Shown here: one piece after another, positions 36,799 through 46,280 of the stretch
How positions within the stretch are numbered: position 1 is the stretch's first letter
How the letters are laid out: the number at the start of each line of letters is the position of its first letter
Assembly (NCBI GenBank): GCA_048498835.1
Contig: JBEHXF010000005.1
Location: 454-64,453 of the forward strand
Direction: 5' to 3'
From: Chlamydiota bacterium
GTDB lineage: Bacteria > Chlamydiota > Chlamydiia > Chlamydiales > SM23-39
Length of the DNA: 64,000 bases
Translations under genes and position numbers: made by a program
The notes under the pieces: generated by a model
What the model was told of the DNA's origin: nothing
Seen by the model: only the letters and a program-made list of their open reading frames with translations
The model's database searches: none

Positions 36799-37234
36799 CA
36801 AAAGTTAGCAATTCTTGTTTGATTTGTGGATCGATCGCGAAGCCGCTGATTGTCCCGTTGCCATGAATGACGCGATGGCAGGGGATGATGAGAAGGTGAT
36901 TGTTGCGACCGCAAGCGTTGCCTACGGCACGCGCTGCCTTTGGACGGCCGATGTGAGCGGCTACTTGTGCGTAAGAGAGTGTTTGGCCAAACGGAATCGC
37001 TTGGATAGACTCCCATACTTCTTCTTGAAAAGGCGTTGCGTTCTTGAGCATTTCACCTTTAAATGGAATGGGCTTTCGATTGAGATAAGCACTCATCCAA
37101 GCATCGATGTAGTTGCGTAAACGAGGAGTGGCCCCGTTGATTTCGTACTTGAAGGTAGAAGAGAGGTTCACTTCGATCTTTTCGAGAAGATCGCCGTCCG
37201 CTTGAAAACAGACGGCGATAGAGGGAGGATTCAT
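36791..37234 (-). CDS. ogt: methylated-DNA-protein-cysteine methyltransferase
   Basis: IPCHRVI active-site motif and the preceding YAQVA..IG.PKAARAVG.A helix-turn-helix. Confidence 0.85.
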   Translation of the reverse strand: MNPPSIAVCFQADGDLLEKIEVNLSSTFKYEINGATPRLRNYIDAWMSAYLNRKPIPFKGEMLKNATPFQEEVWESIQAIPFGQTLSYAQVAAHIGRPKAARAVGNACGRNNHLLIIPCHRVIHGNGTISGFAIDPQIKQELLTFEK

Positions 37235-38217
37235 TCAATTTTTCCATGGAGATCGGCCACGAGTTTATCTCGGTTGGCCATCATATTGTATTTGTCGAGC
37301 GCGACAGCTTGTCCTTTATAGAACCATTCCATTTCTGTGGTGTCGTCCGTATAAAATTTGCTGCATCCGTGTTTTTTATCGTTTTGCCATTCGATTTCAG
37401 CAGTGAGATTGCCAAGATCGTCAAAGTGAATTTCAACGCCTTGTTTGCGGCCATTTACGTAGGGGATTTCTGCAATTTTTGTCCCGTTGCGGAAAACGAC
37501 TTTGGGACCGTGCATAATGCCGTGATTCCAATTGAGTTTCATCAGAGGTCTGCCCGCAGAGGTAAACTTGAGCTGCTCGCCATGTAATTGGGAGCCATCG
37601 TAGTGCGAAATCGTATGGATTTCACCGGTTGGATGAAAGCTCGTTTTAACGGTCGCAATTCCGTTTTGGATAGTATCTCGCGAGACGAGAAGGCCTGAGC
37701 GATCCCGTTTGATTCTTTCGCCAAAACCCGATTCAACTTGTCCTTCTAAGTCGTGAGAAGGGGTATAATATTTACCTTCGACCAGGAGCTCTCCGTCAAA
37801 TTCTTCGATGCTCAGCGGAGCCCCTTTTTCATCCCAAATAGTGGTGATGGTTCGGTTGTCGAATTCATAAATCTCTTCCCGCATCGGCATGCCCGTGCCG
37901 TCGTGGACGACTTCTTTTAAAAGAGTCCCTTGATCGTAAACTTGAAGTTTTTCAATGACGGTGCTGTTCGGAAAGGAGTAAGTTGTAGGACCGTGCAGCG
38001 CTCCATTCTCATAGGAGCGGACGATTTTTACGCCATTTTTCAACACTTCCAAGATTTGTCCGTCTCCGTCGCGCGCTTCCCATTCTTCCGGAGTTACGTC
38101 GAATCCATATTTATGGACGAATTTTTGCGAAACAACGGAATCATCACTAGCGCTAGAGAAACAGCCTCCTAGCAATAGGGAGAGAGAAGTGGCGAATAAC
38201 AGACGGAAAGTGTACAT
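37231..38217 (-). CDS. lipoprotein with MORN-variant (YwqK-like) repeats
   Basis: Lipobox LLLGGC. Repeated Y.NG..HG / W.N..KHG units, e.g. YENGALHGPTTY, WNHGIMHGPKVVF, YVNGRKQGVEIHF and WQNDKKHGCSKFY. Confidence 0.7.
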   Translation of the reverse strand: MYTFRLLFATSLSLLLGGCFSSASDDSVVSQKFVHKYGFDVTPEEWEARDGDGQILEVLKNGVKIVRSYENGALHGPTTYSFPNSTVIEKLQVYDQGTLLKEVVHDGTGMPMREEIYEFDNRTITTIWDEKGAPLSIEEFDGELLVEGKYYTPSHDLEGQVESGFGERIKRDRSGLLVSRDTIQNGIATVKTSFHPTGEIHTISHYDGSQLHGEQLKFTSAGRPLMKLNWNHGIMHGPKVVFRNGTKIAEIPYVNGRKQGVEIHFDDLGNLTAEIEWQNDKKHGCSKFYTDDTTEMEWFYKGQAVALDKYNMMANRDKLVADLHGKIE

Positions 38218-38384
38218 GAAAACCTCACTACAACAGCACAGATCTTATCGATCAAAGAAGGTTTTTGCAAGTAGAATCAATAAAATATCAATATAGCCCG
38301 TAAAGAAAAATCGTCCCTAAAATTGAGGTTGCAATTGGTGTACTAGAGTTTTTTTGCCTATCTAAATTATTTATTAACAGTAAT

Positions 38385-38456
38385 TTGCGCCATAATTGCG
38401 CCAAAAATGGCGCAATTAATAGGCATTGCGCCATATAATGGGGTAAAGTGGCGCAA
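38385..38456. promoter_or_regulatory. array of five (A)ATTGCGCCA / TGGCGCAAT(T) sites upstream of the HTH-Fic gene (putative operator)
   Basis: ttgcgcca at 38385, 38396 and 38426; tggcgcaa at 38408 and 38449. Sites 2 and 3 form the perfect palindrome aattgcgcca-aaaa-tggcgcaatt. The array ends 9 nt before the ATG at 38465. Confidence 0.6.
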
Positions 38457-38464
38457 TTCTTGAG

Positions 38465-39826
38465 ATGAAATATTTTCCTCTAAATGAACTTTTTGAACTT
38501 GTAGGGCGGTTCCCAGAAGGAATTTCTCTGGAAGAATTGCTAGTTGGATTGGGCTCTTCAGTTTCTCGTCGAACCCTACAGAGAAATTTGTCTAATTTGG
38601 TTAACGAAAAAAAACTGATAGCAATAGGAAAAACAAAAGCAAGGCGCTATAAATTACCCGTAACATTCAGCCCTATAAAAAAATTAAATGCGCAATTTCA
38701 AATTATTTTGTCTTCAGAAGGAGAACAAATTCAGAAAATCATTTCTCAACCAATCCAGATGCGGTTGCCCGTTAGTTATGAACGAAGTTTTTTAGAGAGT
38801 TATCTTCCTAATAAGAATTTTTATCTATCTAAAAGCGATCGTCAAAAATTGAATGAAATGGGGGGGGCAAAAGAAAGCGGATATCCAGCAGGAACATTTG
38901 CTCGTCAAGTTTTTCAAAGTTTACTCATTGATCTTTCGTGGAATTCTAGCCGCTTGGAAGGAAATACTTATTCACTCCTAGATACAATCCGTTTATTGGA
39001 AAAAGGACAGCTGGCTCAAGGTAAAGATTTAAAAGATGCGCAGATGATTTTAAATCACAAAGCCGCTATTGAATTTTTAATTGAATCGGCAGAAGAAACT
39101 GGCGTAAATCGTTTTACAATTTTAAATTTGCATACTCTGCTATCAGATAATTTGCTCAACGATCCAAGTGCATCTGGTCGCTTGCGTTTTATTCCAGTTG
39201 GAATAGGAAGATCTGTTTACCAACCTTCGGCTATTCCGCAAGTTATCAATGAATGTTTCAATCTTTTAATTAACAAAGCGCACAGTATTCTGGATCCTTT
39301 TGAACAGGCTTTTTTTCTGATGGTTCATTTACCTTATCTTCAGCCATTTGATGATGTGAATAAACGAACGTCTAGATTGGCGGCTAATATTCCATTAATT
39401 CAGAACAATCTTTGTCCTCTATCTTTTATTGATGTACCAGAGGAGATCTACATTAATGCTCTCTTAGGAGTTTATGAATTAAATCGGACGGAACTATTGA
39501 GAGATGTCTTTATGTGGGCCTATCAAAGATCTTGTTTGCTCTATGCTACAACTCGTAAATCAATAGGAGATCCAGATCCTTTTAGAATGAAATATCGACA
39601 AGCAATTCAATCTGTTATTCATGAAATTGTACAACAAGAACTCGCACAAGAGCAGGCGGTTTTAGCAATTAGAAAACATTCTAAGGATGTATTGCCTGAG
39701 GATAGATCTCGTTTTATGGAAATGATCGAAAACGATATTCGAAATCTTCACGAAGGGAATTTGGCAAGATACCGTCTCCGACCTTCCGAATATGAGGCAT
39801 GGAAAAAAAAGTGGTCTAAATCATAG
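38465..39826 (+). CDS. HTH-Fic/Doc-family protein with non-canonical active-site motif
   Basis: N-terminal winged-helix-like SRRTLQRNLSNLVNEKKLIAIGKTKARRY and inhibitory-helix motif SSRLEGN. The Fic core reads LQPFDDVNKRTSR, aligned to HPFxDGNGRxxR: Gln in place of His and a Doc-like NKR. Confidence 0.75.
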   Translation: MKYFPLNELFELVGRFPEGISLEELLVGLGSSVSRRTLQRNLSNLVNEKKLIAIGKTKARRYKLPVTFSPIKKLNAQFQIILSSEGEQIQKIISQPIQMRLPVSYERSFLESYLPNKNFYLSKSDRQKLNEMGGAKESGYPAGTFARQVFQSLLIDLSWNSSRLEGNTYSLLDTIRLLEKGQLAQGKDLKDAQMILNHKAAIEFLIESAEETGVNRFTILNLHTLLSDNLLNDPSASGRLRFIPVGIGRSVYQPSAIPQVINECFNLLINKAHSILDPFEQAFFLMVHLPYLQPFDDVNKRTSRLAANIPLIQNNLCPLSFIDVPEEIYINALLGVYELNRTELLRDVFMWAYQRSCLLYATTRKSIGDPDPFRMKYRQAIQSVIHEIVQQELAQEQAVLAIRKHSKDVLPEDRSRFMEMIENDIRNLHEGNLARYRLRPSEYEAWKKKWSKS

Positions 39827-42179
39827 AAGTCTTTTTCATTACTTCTGTAATCAGGCTGCTGTGAGCAGCTTCTACTTCTTCAAAAGAAACTGTTTTCGAG
39901 CGATCGCGGTAGGTAAAGCGGAGCGTTGCATTCGTTTTATCTTCTGTTCTGAATAGATCGATCAATTCAAATCGCTCAAGAAGCTGCGGCTCTGCTGCGC
40001 GGATGGCGCCGAAAATCGTCGCAATGTGACTGTCGTGTGCAAGTGGCAGCGTCCAATCGCGTTCGGAGGAGGGGAATTGGGGCAGCGGTGTCATATGAGG
40101 AGCTGGTTTTTGATGAGCCTGTAAGTGTTCAGCATTCAGCTCTGCATAATACACTCTTTGTTTAATATCGAATTTAGCGAGCAAATTCGGGTGGAGCTCA
40201 CCGAAGCAACCAATGCAAAGATCGCCGAAGTAAACATCTGCTTGCCGCACTGGATGAAAGGTCATGTGTTTTGAGGGAGCAAAAGAGGCAGCAGAAGCTC
40301 GGATTGAGGAGAAGAGATTTTCAATCATCCCCTTGAGGTCGAAGAAATCGACATCGGATGGTTTTTCATCCCAGTGATGAGGAGCTTCTTTTCCCGTTAA
40401 GATTAGAGCAACCATGGGAAATTCAACCGGTTTTCCCTCTTGTTTAAAGTGGATACGGCCCAATTCAAAAGCGCTAAAATTTTGGTTTTTTTGGTCGAGG
40501 TTATGTCGTACCACATCCAATAGGCCCGGCAATAAGGCAGGTCGCAGGACTGAATATTCTTCTGATTTAGAATGGAGTGTCTGTAAAAGCGAAGATTTAA
40601 AGTGGGACAATTCTTGGATGGTCTCAGCTAATTTTGGTGAGATGAGATCGCAAGTGATGAATTCCTGGAGCCCTAGTCCGACAAGTCGCTTGCGCAATTC
40701 CGATTCAAATAGATAGACCGGATCGTGGGGGATTTGAGGCAAGGTCGAACGGGGAAGCGGCCTTTCGATGTTGTTATAACCATAAATGCGCGCCACTTCT
40801 TCTACGAGATCGATCTCTTCTTGTACATCGTTTCTGTAAAGCGGCACTTCTACGCGAAGGTGAGCGGCCGATTCTTTTTTGGTATGGAATCCGAGCCGGT
40901 GGAAAATCGCTTCCATTTCTCCCAGCGAAAGGTGAGTGCCGAGAACTTGATTCACTCGTGCCGTTCGGCAATGGAGGATTCGTGGAGCAAACTCTTCTCG
41001 TTTTATATCGATTTTCCCTTTCGCAACTTTTCCGCCCGAAATCTCTGCAATCAATTGCGCTGCATGGTCCAGAAAAGTCGGTACAGCCGATGGGTCGACC
41101 CCTTTCTCAAACCGGTACGAACTATCGGTCCGAATGCCGATTTTTTTAGCAGCTTTGCGTACCACCATTGGATCAAATGCAGCAGCTTCCAATAGGATGG
41201 TTTTGGTCGTATCGGACACAGAGCTATTCGATCCGCCGAGAACGCCGGCCAGTGCGAGAGTTTTTTTGTTGTCGGCGATGGTTAAGGTTCCCGCTGGAAC
41301 AGTCCAATCTTTTCCATCGAGTCCAGCAAACATTTGCGGCTCTTTGGATAGTGCGACGTGGAGCGAGCCTTCAATTTTATCGAAGTCAAACGCGTGCATC
41401 GGTTGGCCGTATTTCAACAGCATGTAATTGGTCGCATCGACGATGTTGTTGATGGGACGATGGCCAGCAGCTCGCAGTTGTTGCTGGAGCCAAAAGGGGG
41501 AAGGGCCGATCTTTACCTCTTCAATCATTCGCGCTGTATAGCGCGGGCAGGCCATCGGATCGGTTTCCACAGAGAGTTTTAGGGATGATCCCGTCTCTTG
41601 CAGCGCTTTTTTTTCTTCGCGGAGAGGAATTTGCAACGCGGCGGAAAGTTCTCGGGCAATCCCAAGCGCGCTCATGCAGTGACCGAGATTTGGAGTCAAA
41701 GAAATCTCGAATACAGGATCCCACAGCGATAGGCAATCTGCGCCTAAAACCGCATCTTCTGGAAGTTCGATGATGCCGCTATGATCTTCGTAGAGTCCAA
41801 GTTCTGTAGCGGAGCAAAGCATTCCTGCTGAGTCGACGCCGCGAATGGAGGTTTGTCCAATCGACTTTTCTTCACCTAATACAGCGCCTACTTTGGCAAA
41901 AGCGACCTTGAGCCCAGTGCGGCAATTAGGGGCTCCGCATACGACTTGATACGTGTGAATTCCGTCGAAAACTTCAGCGACTTGCAGCTTATCAGCCCCG
42001 GGATGGCGCGATGTTTTTTTCACTTCTGCGACAACTACGCCCTGAAAAGGGGGTTTTGGCGAATGAATGGCATCGACTTCGATTCCTAAAAGAGAGAGGG
42101 TTTCGTCGATTTTTTCTGGACTTAAGTCGATGTGAATGAAGGATTTAAGAATAGATAGAGGAAGTCTCATACTCGCCAA
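39816..42179 (-). CDS. pheT: phenylalanyl-tRNA synthetase beta subunit
   Basis: MRLPLSILKSFI..., a tRNA-binding OB domain (GADKLQVAEV), B3/4 and B5 regions, and about 787 aa. An alternative start is at 42170. Confidence 0.9.
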   Translation of the reverse strand: MASMRLPLSILKSFIHIDLSPEKIDETLSLLGIEVDAIHSPKPPFQGVVVAEVKKTSRHPGADKLQVAEVFDGIHTYQVVCGAPNCRTGLKVAFAKVGAVLGEEKSIGQTSIRGVDSAGMLCSATELGLYEDHSGIIELPEDAVLGADCLSLWDPVFEISLTPNLGHCMSALGIARELSAALQIPLREEKKALQETGSSLKLSVETDPMACPRYTARMIEEVKIGPSPFWLQQQLRAAGHRPINNIVDATNYMLLKYGQPMHAFDFDKIEGSLHVALSKEPQMFAGLDGKDWTVPAGTLTIADNKKTLALAGVLGGSNSSVSDTTKTILLEAAAFDPMVVRKAAKKIGIRTDSSYRFEKGVDPSAVPTFLDHAAQLIAEISGGKVAKGKIDIKREEFAPRILHCRTARVNQVLGTHLSLGEMEAIFHRLGFHTKKESAAHLRVEVPLYRNDVQEEIDLVEEVARIYGYNNIERPLPRSTLPQIPHDPVYLFESELRKRLVGLGLQEFITCDLISPKLAETIQELSHFKSSLLQTLHSKSEEYSVLRPALLPGLLDVVRHNLDQKNQNFSAFELGRIHFKQEGKPVEFPMVALILTGKEAPHHWDEKPSDVDFFDLKGMIENLFSSIRASAASFAPSKHMTFHPVRQADVYFGDLCIGCFGELHPNLLAKFDIKQRVYYAELNAEHLQAHQKPAPHMTPLPQFPSSERDWTLPLAHDSHIATIFGAIRAAEPQLLERFELIDLFRTEDKTNATLRFTYRDRSKTVSFEEVEAAHSSLITEVMKKTSMI

Positions 42180-42317
42180 CCATATACTTTTGCAGCCTTT
42201 AACTGTATCGGGCTAAAGGCCGTTTTTCAAGCTCTTTATGGGGGAGAGGATGAGAGAAACTAAAAAAATAGCAATAAAGGAGCTGAAAAGGCTATTTTTT
42301 AGGTAGTTGTTTGGAGT

Positions 42318-43508
42318 TTGCGTATGGAAGATCACTGGGCTAAAAAATTTCGCATATTGACCCTTTCCCTTATTTTTAGCGGGGCATTGAATATCGGATT
42401 GGTTGCGACCTTAATCGCTATAAAAACAGAGGATGGACGGCCGAATCTTGCCGCTTCTCCAAAAAAATCGACGCTAAAAGTACAAAAGATATCCAATCTC
42501 GCGGTCTTAGATGCCATGTCAAAGCTCTCTTTTCGCGAGCTTGTCACTCTCTTGACCAATCGAGAGTTGATTGAAGAGGGATATGCAAAGCGAGATTTAG
42601 CGGTATCGGCTTTAGCTGCCTACCACCACTTCAATTTAGAAAAAGCTCTCTCTTCCACCGAATTACAGAAACGGACTTTGATTTTAGGCGAAAATCGATC
42701 GCTAGAACTTTATCCCGGGTTAAGCGATGAGCAATTTGAGGCGATCATCCGTTTTGCCTACCAAGAAAAATGGCCATTGACAGGACAGGGACTTTTCGCG
42801 CTGATTAAAAAAATTCCGGGCGATGAAAGCCTGGCGCAAGCGTTCTTGCTCACACCTGAATTCTATGCAATTCAAGCGCTCTTTCAAAAAACGGAAGCAG
42901 CTCAAGACCCTGCTCTTCTTCTTCAATTGATTGCGGAGGGAAATTGGGATCTATTGAATCGCTTTGCAAAAGAGCAGGAGCAAATGCTCGATCTCTCGGT
43001 AGAAAAGCGTCGTCGCTTGCTCCTGAGCTATTTGACCAATCATTCACCTACAGCAGCTAAATTGTTGTTGAAGACAGATCTCGATTTTGTTCTTAAGCGC
43101 CTCGATGATCGAGGCATTTTAGATCTTTTGAGCATGATTGGACAAAAATCAGAAGAGGCCCAGGAGTTTTGTGTAGCGCTTCTGCAATCGCATCGCTCTG
43201 ATGCGGTTTGGAATGCAGCTGTGACGAAGCTCTATGCTTTTGCGGGAGAACCTTTGCCTGAACCGTTTGATCTCCGCGCAGCCGCAGCTCGCTTTGCTCC
43301 CTCTAAAGTAGTGACCAGCGAATCGAAAAAACTCGTCATCACGGTTGCGCCGGAACCAGCAGCTGCCCGTTTTCACACGGTGCAAGAAGGAGAGAGCCTT
43401 TGGAAAATCGCTCGTCAATACAAAGTGAAGGTAGAGGAACTGGTTCAACTCAATGGGATTGAGAAGGATAAGCTCTTTCCTGGAATGACCATCAAGATCC
43501 CCGATTAA
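42318..43508 (+). CDS. membrane-anchored protein with C-terminal LysM domain
   Basis: N-terminal TM segment [24 protein letters not shown]-terminal [29 protein letters not shown]...PGMTIKIP is a LysM pattern. Confidence 0.65.
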   Translation: MRMEDHWAKKFRILTLSLIFSGALNIGLVATLIAIKTEDGRPNLAASPKKSTLKVQKISNLAVLDAMSKLSFRELVTLLTNRELIEEGYAKRDLAVSALAAYHHFNLEKALSSTELQKRTLILGENRSLELYPGLSDEQFEAIIRFAYQEKWPLTGQGLFALIKKIPGDESLAQAFLLTPEFYAIQALFQKTEAAQDPALLLQLIAEGNWDLLNRFAKEQEQMLDLSVEKRRRLLLSYLTNHSPTAAKLLLKTDLDFVLKRLDDRGILDLLSMIGQKSEEAQEFCVALLQSHRSDAVWNAAVTKLYAFAGEPLPEPFDLRAAAARFAPSKVVTSESKKLVITVAPEPAAARFHTVQEGESLWKIARQYKVKVEELVQLNGIEKDKLFPGMTIKIPD

Positions 43509-43711
43509 GCAGGATCATGGCCTCCCTTATGGAAGGGGTGGCAGGTTAGGATGCGGCGCATGGCCTTATAGAGACCCTTAAAAACACCGTGCTTATGAAT
43601 CGCTTCTTTGGCATACTCGGAACAAGTTGGATAATAGCGACAGCAATGGCCGAAGAAGGGGGAAATTGCAGCTTGGTACAGATCAATCAACAACAAGAAA
43701 CATCGTTTCAT
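43505..43711 (-). CDS. yidD: membrane protein insertion efficiency factor YidD
   Basis: [34 protein letters not shown]........[12 protein letters not shown]. The ORF track extends to 43750. Confidence 0.8.
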   Translation of the reverse strand: MKRCFLLLIDLYQAAISPFFGHCCRYYPTCSEYAKEAIHKHGVFKGLYKAMRRILTCHPFHKGGHDPA

Positions 43712-43726
43712 TCTTCTAGAATACCT

Positions 43727-45313
43727 ATGAAAGAACATCCATTCCAGCACTTCTTACATGAATTCATCCCACAAGTTGCTCGTAAAGCAAAAGATTTAAA
43801 TAAAGCCGTTTGGATTCTTGAGACGACAGGTCTAGAAGATGCCGCCGATTTAAAAGGGGATCTCGACGCTGAGCTGAGGATTTTATTTAACGATCCGAAG
43901 ATTTATGAACGGCTCATCGCATGGGAAAAAGAAGGTTTTGTTCAAGATCCCATCTTGAGTCGTGAGCTCAATGTCCTGATTCGATCTTTTAAACAAAATC
44001 AGGTGCCAAAAGCACTGTTAGAAGAAATCTCTAAAAAAGAGGCTGCCCTCGCTCAATCCTACGCCAATTTCCGCCCCACCATCGATGGACAACCGATTTC
44101 TGAAAATGAGATTCGAGAGCTGCTCAAAAATGAAGTCGATGTGAACCGGCGCAAAGAGGGTTGGGAAGCATCAAAAAAGATTGGCGCTGTCCTCGCGCCA
44201 CAAATTCTTGAACTAGTCCGCATTCGCAATCAAGCAGCGCAGAGTCTGGGTTATCCCGACTATTTCCAAATGCAGCTCGAGCTGCAAGAGGTGAATGCCG
44301 CATGGCTTTTGAAAACGCTCGATGATCTCGGCAATCAATCGGATGCAGCCTACGCAAAAGTCCTCGCTCATCTTGAGGAAGTACAGAGCCGTCGATTTGG
44401 AGTGGATAAAGAGGAACTCGGCCCATGGGCCTGGAGTGAGCCATTTGGTCAGGAAGACCCTCTCGATAGCAAAGAACTCGATTCGCTGGTACACGGAATC
44501 GATATCCCAGCTGTGAGCGACGCTTTTTACCAAAGAATGGGGATTGATGTAGGGCTGGTTTTAAAGCGCAGCGATCTGTATGAAAGACCCGGAAAGAATC
44601 AGCACGCTTTTTGCATCAATATGGACCGTGAGCAAGACATTCGAACGCTCGATAACATTACCCCAACCATCAAATGGCTCGAGACCATGCTCCATGAGCT
44701 CGGCCATGCGATTTATGAAATGGGGTTTGATCCTAAGCTTCCCTGGCTGCTCCGAGAGCCGCCCCACATGATCACAACGGAGGCGATGGCGCTACTCGCC
44801 GGTCGCCAAGCTTATCGACATGATTCGCTCAAATTATTGGTTTCTCCATCAGCTAAAATGGAGCCTCTCCTTCGAGCTGCAGATGAGAGCTTGAAGCGGC
44901 GTCAGCTGATTTTTAGTCGCTGGGTTCTTGTGATGACGGCCTTTGAAAGCGAGCTGTATCGAGATCCCTCGCAGGATCTGAATGCTCTCTGGTGGAAACT
45001 CGTTGAAAAACACCAAAAAATTCGCCCTCCGGCCAATCGGAAGGGGGAGATGGACTGGGCCTGCAAGTATCATATTGGCTTAGCCCCCGTCTATTATTTC
45101 TCCTATCTTTTGGGCGAAATGTTTGCCTCGGCCATCCAAGAATCGACTGCGCATCTGACTGGCTCAGAGAATTTGACCTCGCCAGCTGTTGGGAAATTCT
45201 TAAATGAAAAACTCTTTAGACCAGGGAATCGGATGCCCTGGAGTGATCTGATCGTTCACGTCACAGGCAAGCCTTTGACGGGCGATGCCTGGATCCGCGA
45301 ATTCGCCCCTTAA
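43727..45313 (+). CDS. zinc metallopeptidase, M2 (angiotensin-converting-enzyme-like) family candidate
   Basis: [31 protein letters not shown] aligns by eye with ACE [30 protein letters not shown], covering HExxH and the downstream Glu ligand. I chose the start at MKEHPFQ (43727). Confidence 0.55.
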   Translation: MKEHPFQHFLHEFIPQVARKAKDLNKAVWILETTGLEDAADLKGDLDAELRILFNDPKIYERLIAWEKEGFVQDPILSRELNVLIRSFKQNQVPKALLEEISKKEAALAQSYANFRPTIDGQPISENEIRELLKNEVDVNRRKEGWEASKKIGAVLAPQILELVRIRNQAAQSLGYPDYFQMQLELQEVNAAWLLKTLDDLGNQSDAAYAKVLAHLEEVQSRRFGVDKEELGPWAWSEPFGQEDPLDSKELDSLVHGIDIPAVSDAFYQRMGIDVGLVLKRSDLYERPGKNQHAFCINMDREQDIRTLDNITPTIKWLETMLHELGHAIYEMGFDPKLPWLLREPPHMITTEAMALLAGRQAYRHDSLKLLVSPSAKMEPLLRAADESLKRRQLIFSRWVLVMTAFESELYRDPSQDLNALWWKLVEKHQKIRPPANRKGEMDWACKYHIGLAPVYYFSYLLGEMFASAIQESTAHLTGSENLTSPAVGKFLNEKLFRPGNRMPWSDLIVHVTGKPLTGDAWIREFAP

Positions 45314-45367
45314 AAGCGGAATGCAGAACGCAGAATATTTCTGCCTTTTGCCTTCTGCCTTAATTCA

Positions 45368-45853
45368 TTACCACCAAAGCCACCAGAGATGTTCCTTGAG
45401 AACTTTTCCAGCTCGTCTGTTGCCCATCTTTTCCGATTCTAATAGCTTTTCTTTTGCTTTGGCGTACTTGCCTTCCATGAGATAAGCAGAGCCAATGCCA
45501 AAGAGAGCGTCGCCCGGTTGGCAATAAAGGTCTTTGAACCTTTTGTTTAGACGATACGATGTTTCAAAGCTTTGTCGGGCTGCGCGGGTATCGCCTGCAA
45601 CGAGTTGGAGAAAACCTTTCCCGATATAAAGACCCGGATGGCGCGGTTCAAGTGCAAGGCCCTCTTCGACTAGTTCAAATCCTCTGCGTAATTGTTCTTG
45701 CGACGCACAAAAATCGTGTCGTTCGATGTCTTGTACGATGAGATAAAGTTCTTTGTAAGGCGCGAGCGTCGTCGTGTAAGGAGGATGACTCACTATTTTA
45801 TGTTCAGAATAATCGGTATAAGGAATAGAAACTTCGTTGATGTAATCTATCAT
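45368..45853 (-). CDS. small TPR-like repeat protein
   Basis: 161 aa with TPR-like helices (GKGFLQLVAGDTRAARQSFETSYRLN; GIGSAYLMEGKYAKAKEKLLES). Confidence 0.45.
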   Translation of the reverse strand: MIDYINEVSIPYTDYSEHKIVSHPPYTTTLAPYKELYLIVQDIERHDFCASQEQLRRGFELVEEGLALEPRHPGLYIGKGFLQLVAGDTRAARQSFETSYRLNKRFKDLYCQPGDALFGIGSAYLMEGKYAKAKEKLLESEKMGNRRAGKVLKEHLWWLWW

Positions 45854-46006
45854 TTAAAACCTTTATTTTATTTCCAGTATTATAAGATTAATAGTCTTAT
45901 CGCGCATGTTTTAAATTATTAACTTTTCAGGCGATTTGATGGGGAGTTTTCAAAAGTGCTTGAGAATAAACGGGTGGATCGATTATTGTTTACACTTCAT
46001 TTTTGT

Positions 46007-46090
46007 GCGAAAGTGGCGGAATTGGCAGACGCACTACCTTGAGGTGGTAGCGGGTTCACTCTCGTGGGGGTTCGAGTCCCCCCTTTCGCA
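46007..46090 (+). tRNA. tRNA-Leu (anticodon GAG)
   Basis: Acceptor gcgaaag / ctttcgc; anticodon arm ctacc-ttgaggt-ggtag; long variable arm; T-arm ggggg-ttcgagt-ccccc. Confidence 0.9.
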
Positions 46091-46096
46091 TTCTTG

Positions 46097-46172
46097 GCAC
46101 CGATAGCTCAATGGATAGAGCACTTGGCTTCGGACCAAGTGGTTAGGGGTTCGAGTCCCTTTCGGTGCGCCA
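46097..46172 (+). tRNA. tRNA-Arg (anticodon UCG), CCA encoded
   Basis: Acceptor gcaccga / tcggtgc; anticodon arm cttgg-cttcgga-ccaag; T-loop ttcgagt; 3' gcca. It lies 6 nt after tRNA-Leu. Confidence 0.85.
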
Positions 46173-46280
46173 CTCTCAGTGGCGGAATCTCTCTTAAAAA
46201 TTTTCCTAAAAAGAACCGGTCGGGAGAAGCACCGCCGCTCCTAGAGCGAAACTCGTTAGGAGCTGTATAAAGTCGAGTGA

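Noticed and set aside
46178-46189. agtggcggaat just after tRNA-Arg repeats 11 nt of the tRNA-Leu(GAG) 5' region (46012..46022). This is a possible att-like or tRNA-fragment remnant.
   Set aside because: The match is too short to distinguish from chance, it does not extend, and the 5' part of a tRNA is not the usual integration-duplicated segment.
46064-46270. 68-codon ORF on the plus strand.
   Set aside because: It lies across the two tRNA genes (46007..46172), so it is an artefact of the open frame in structured RNA genes.
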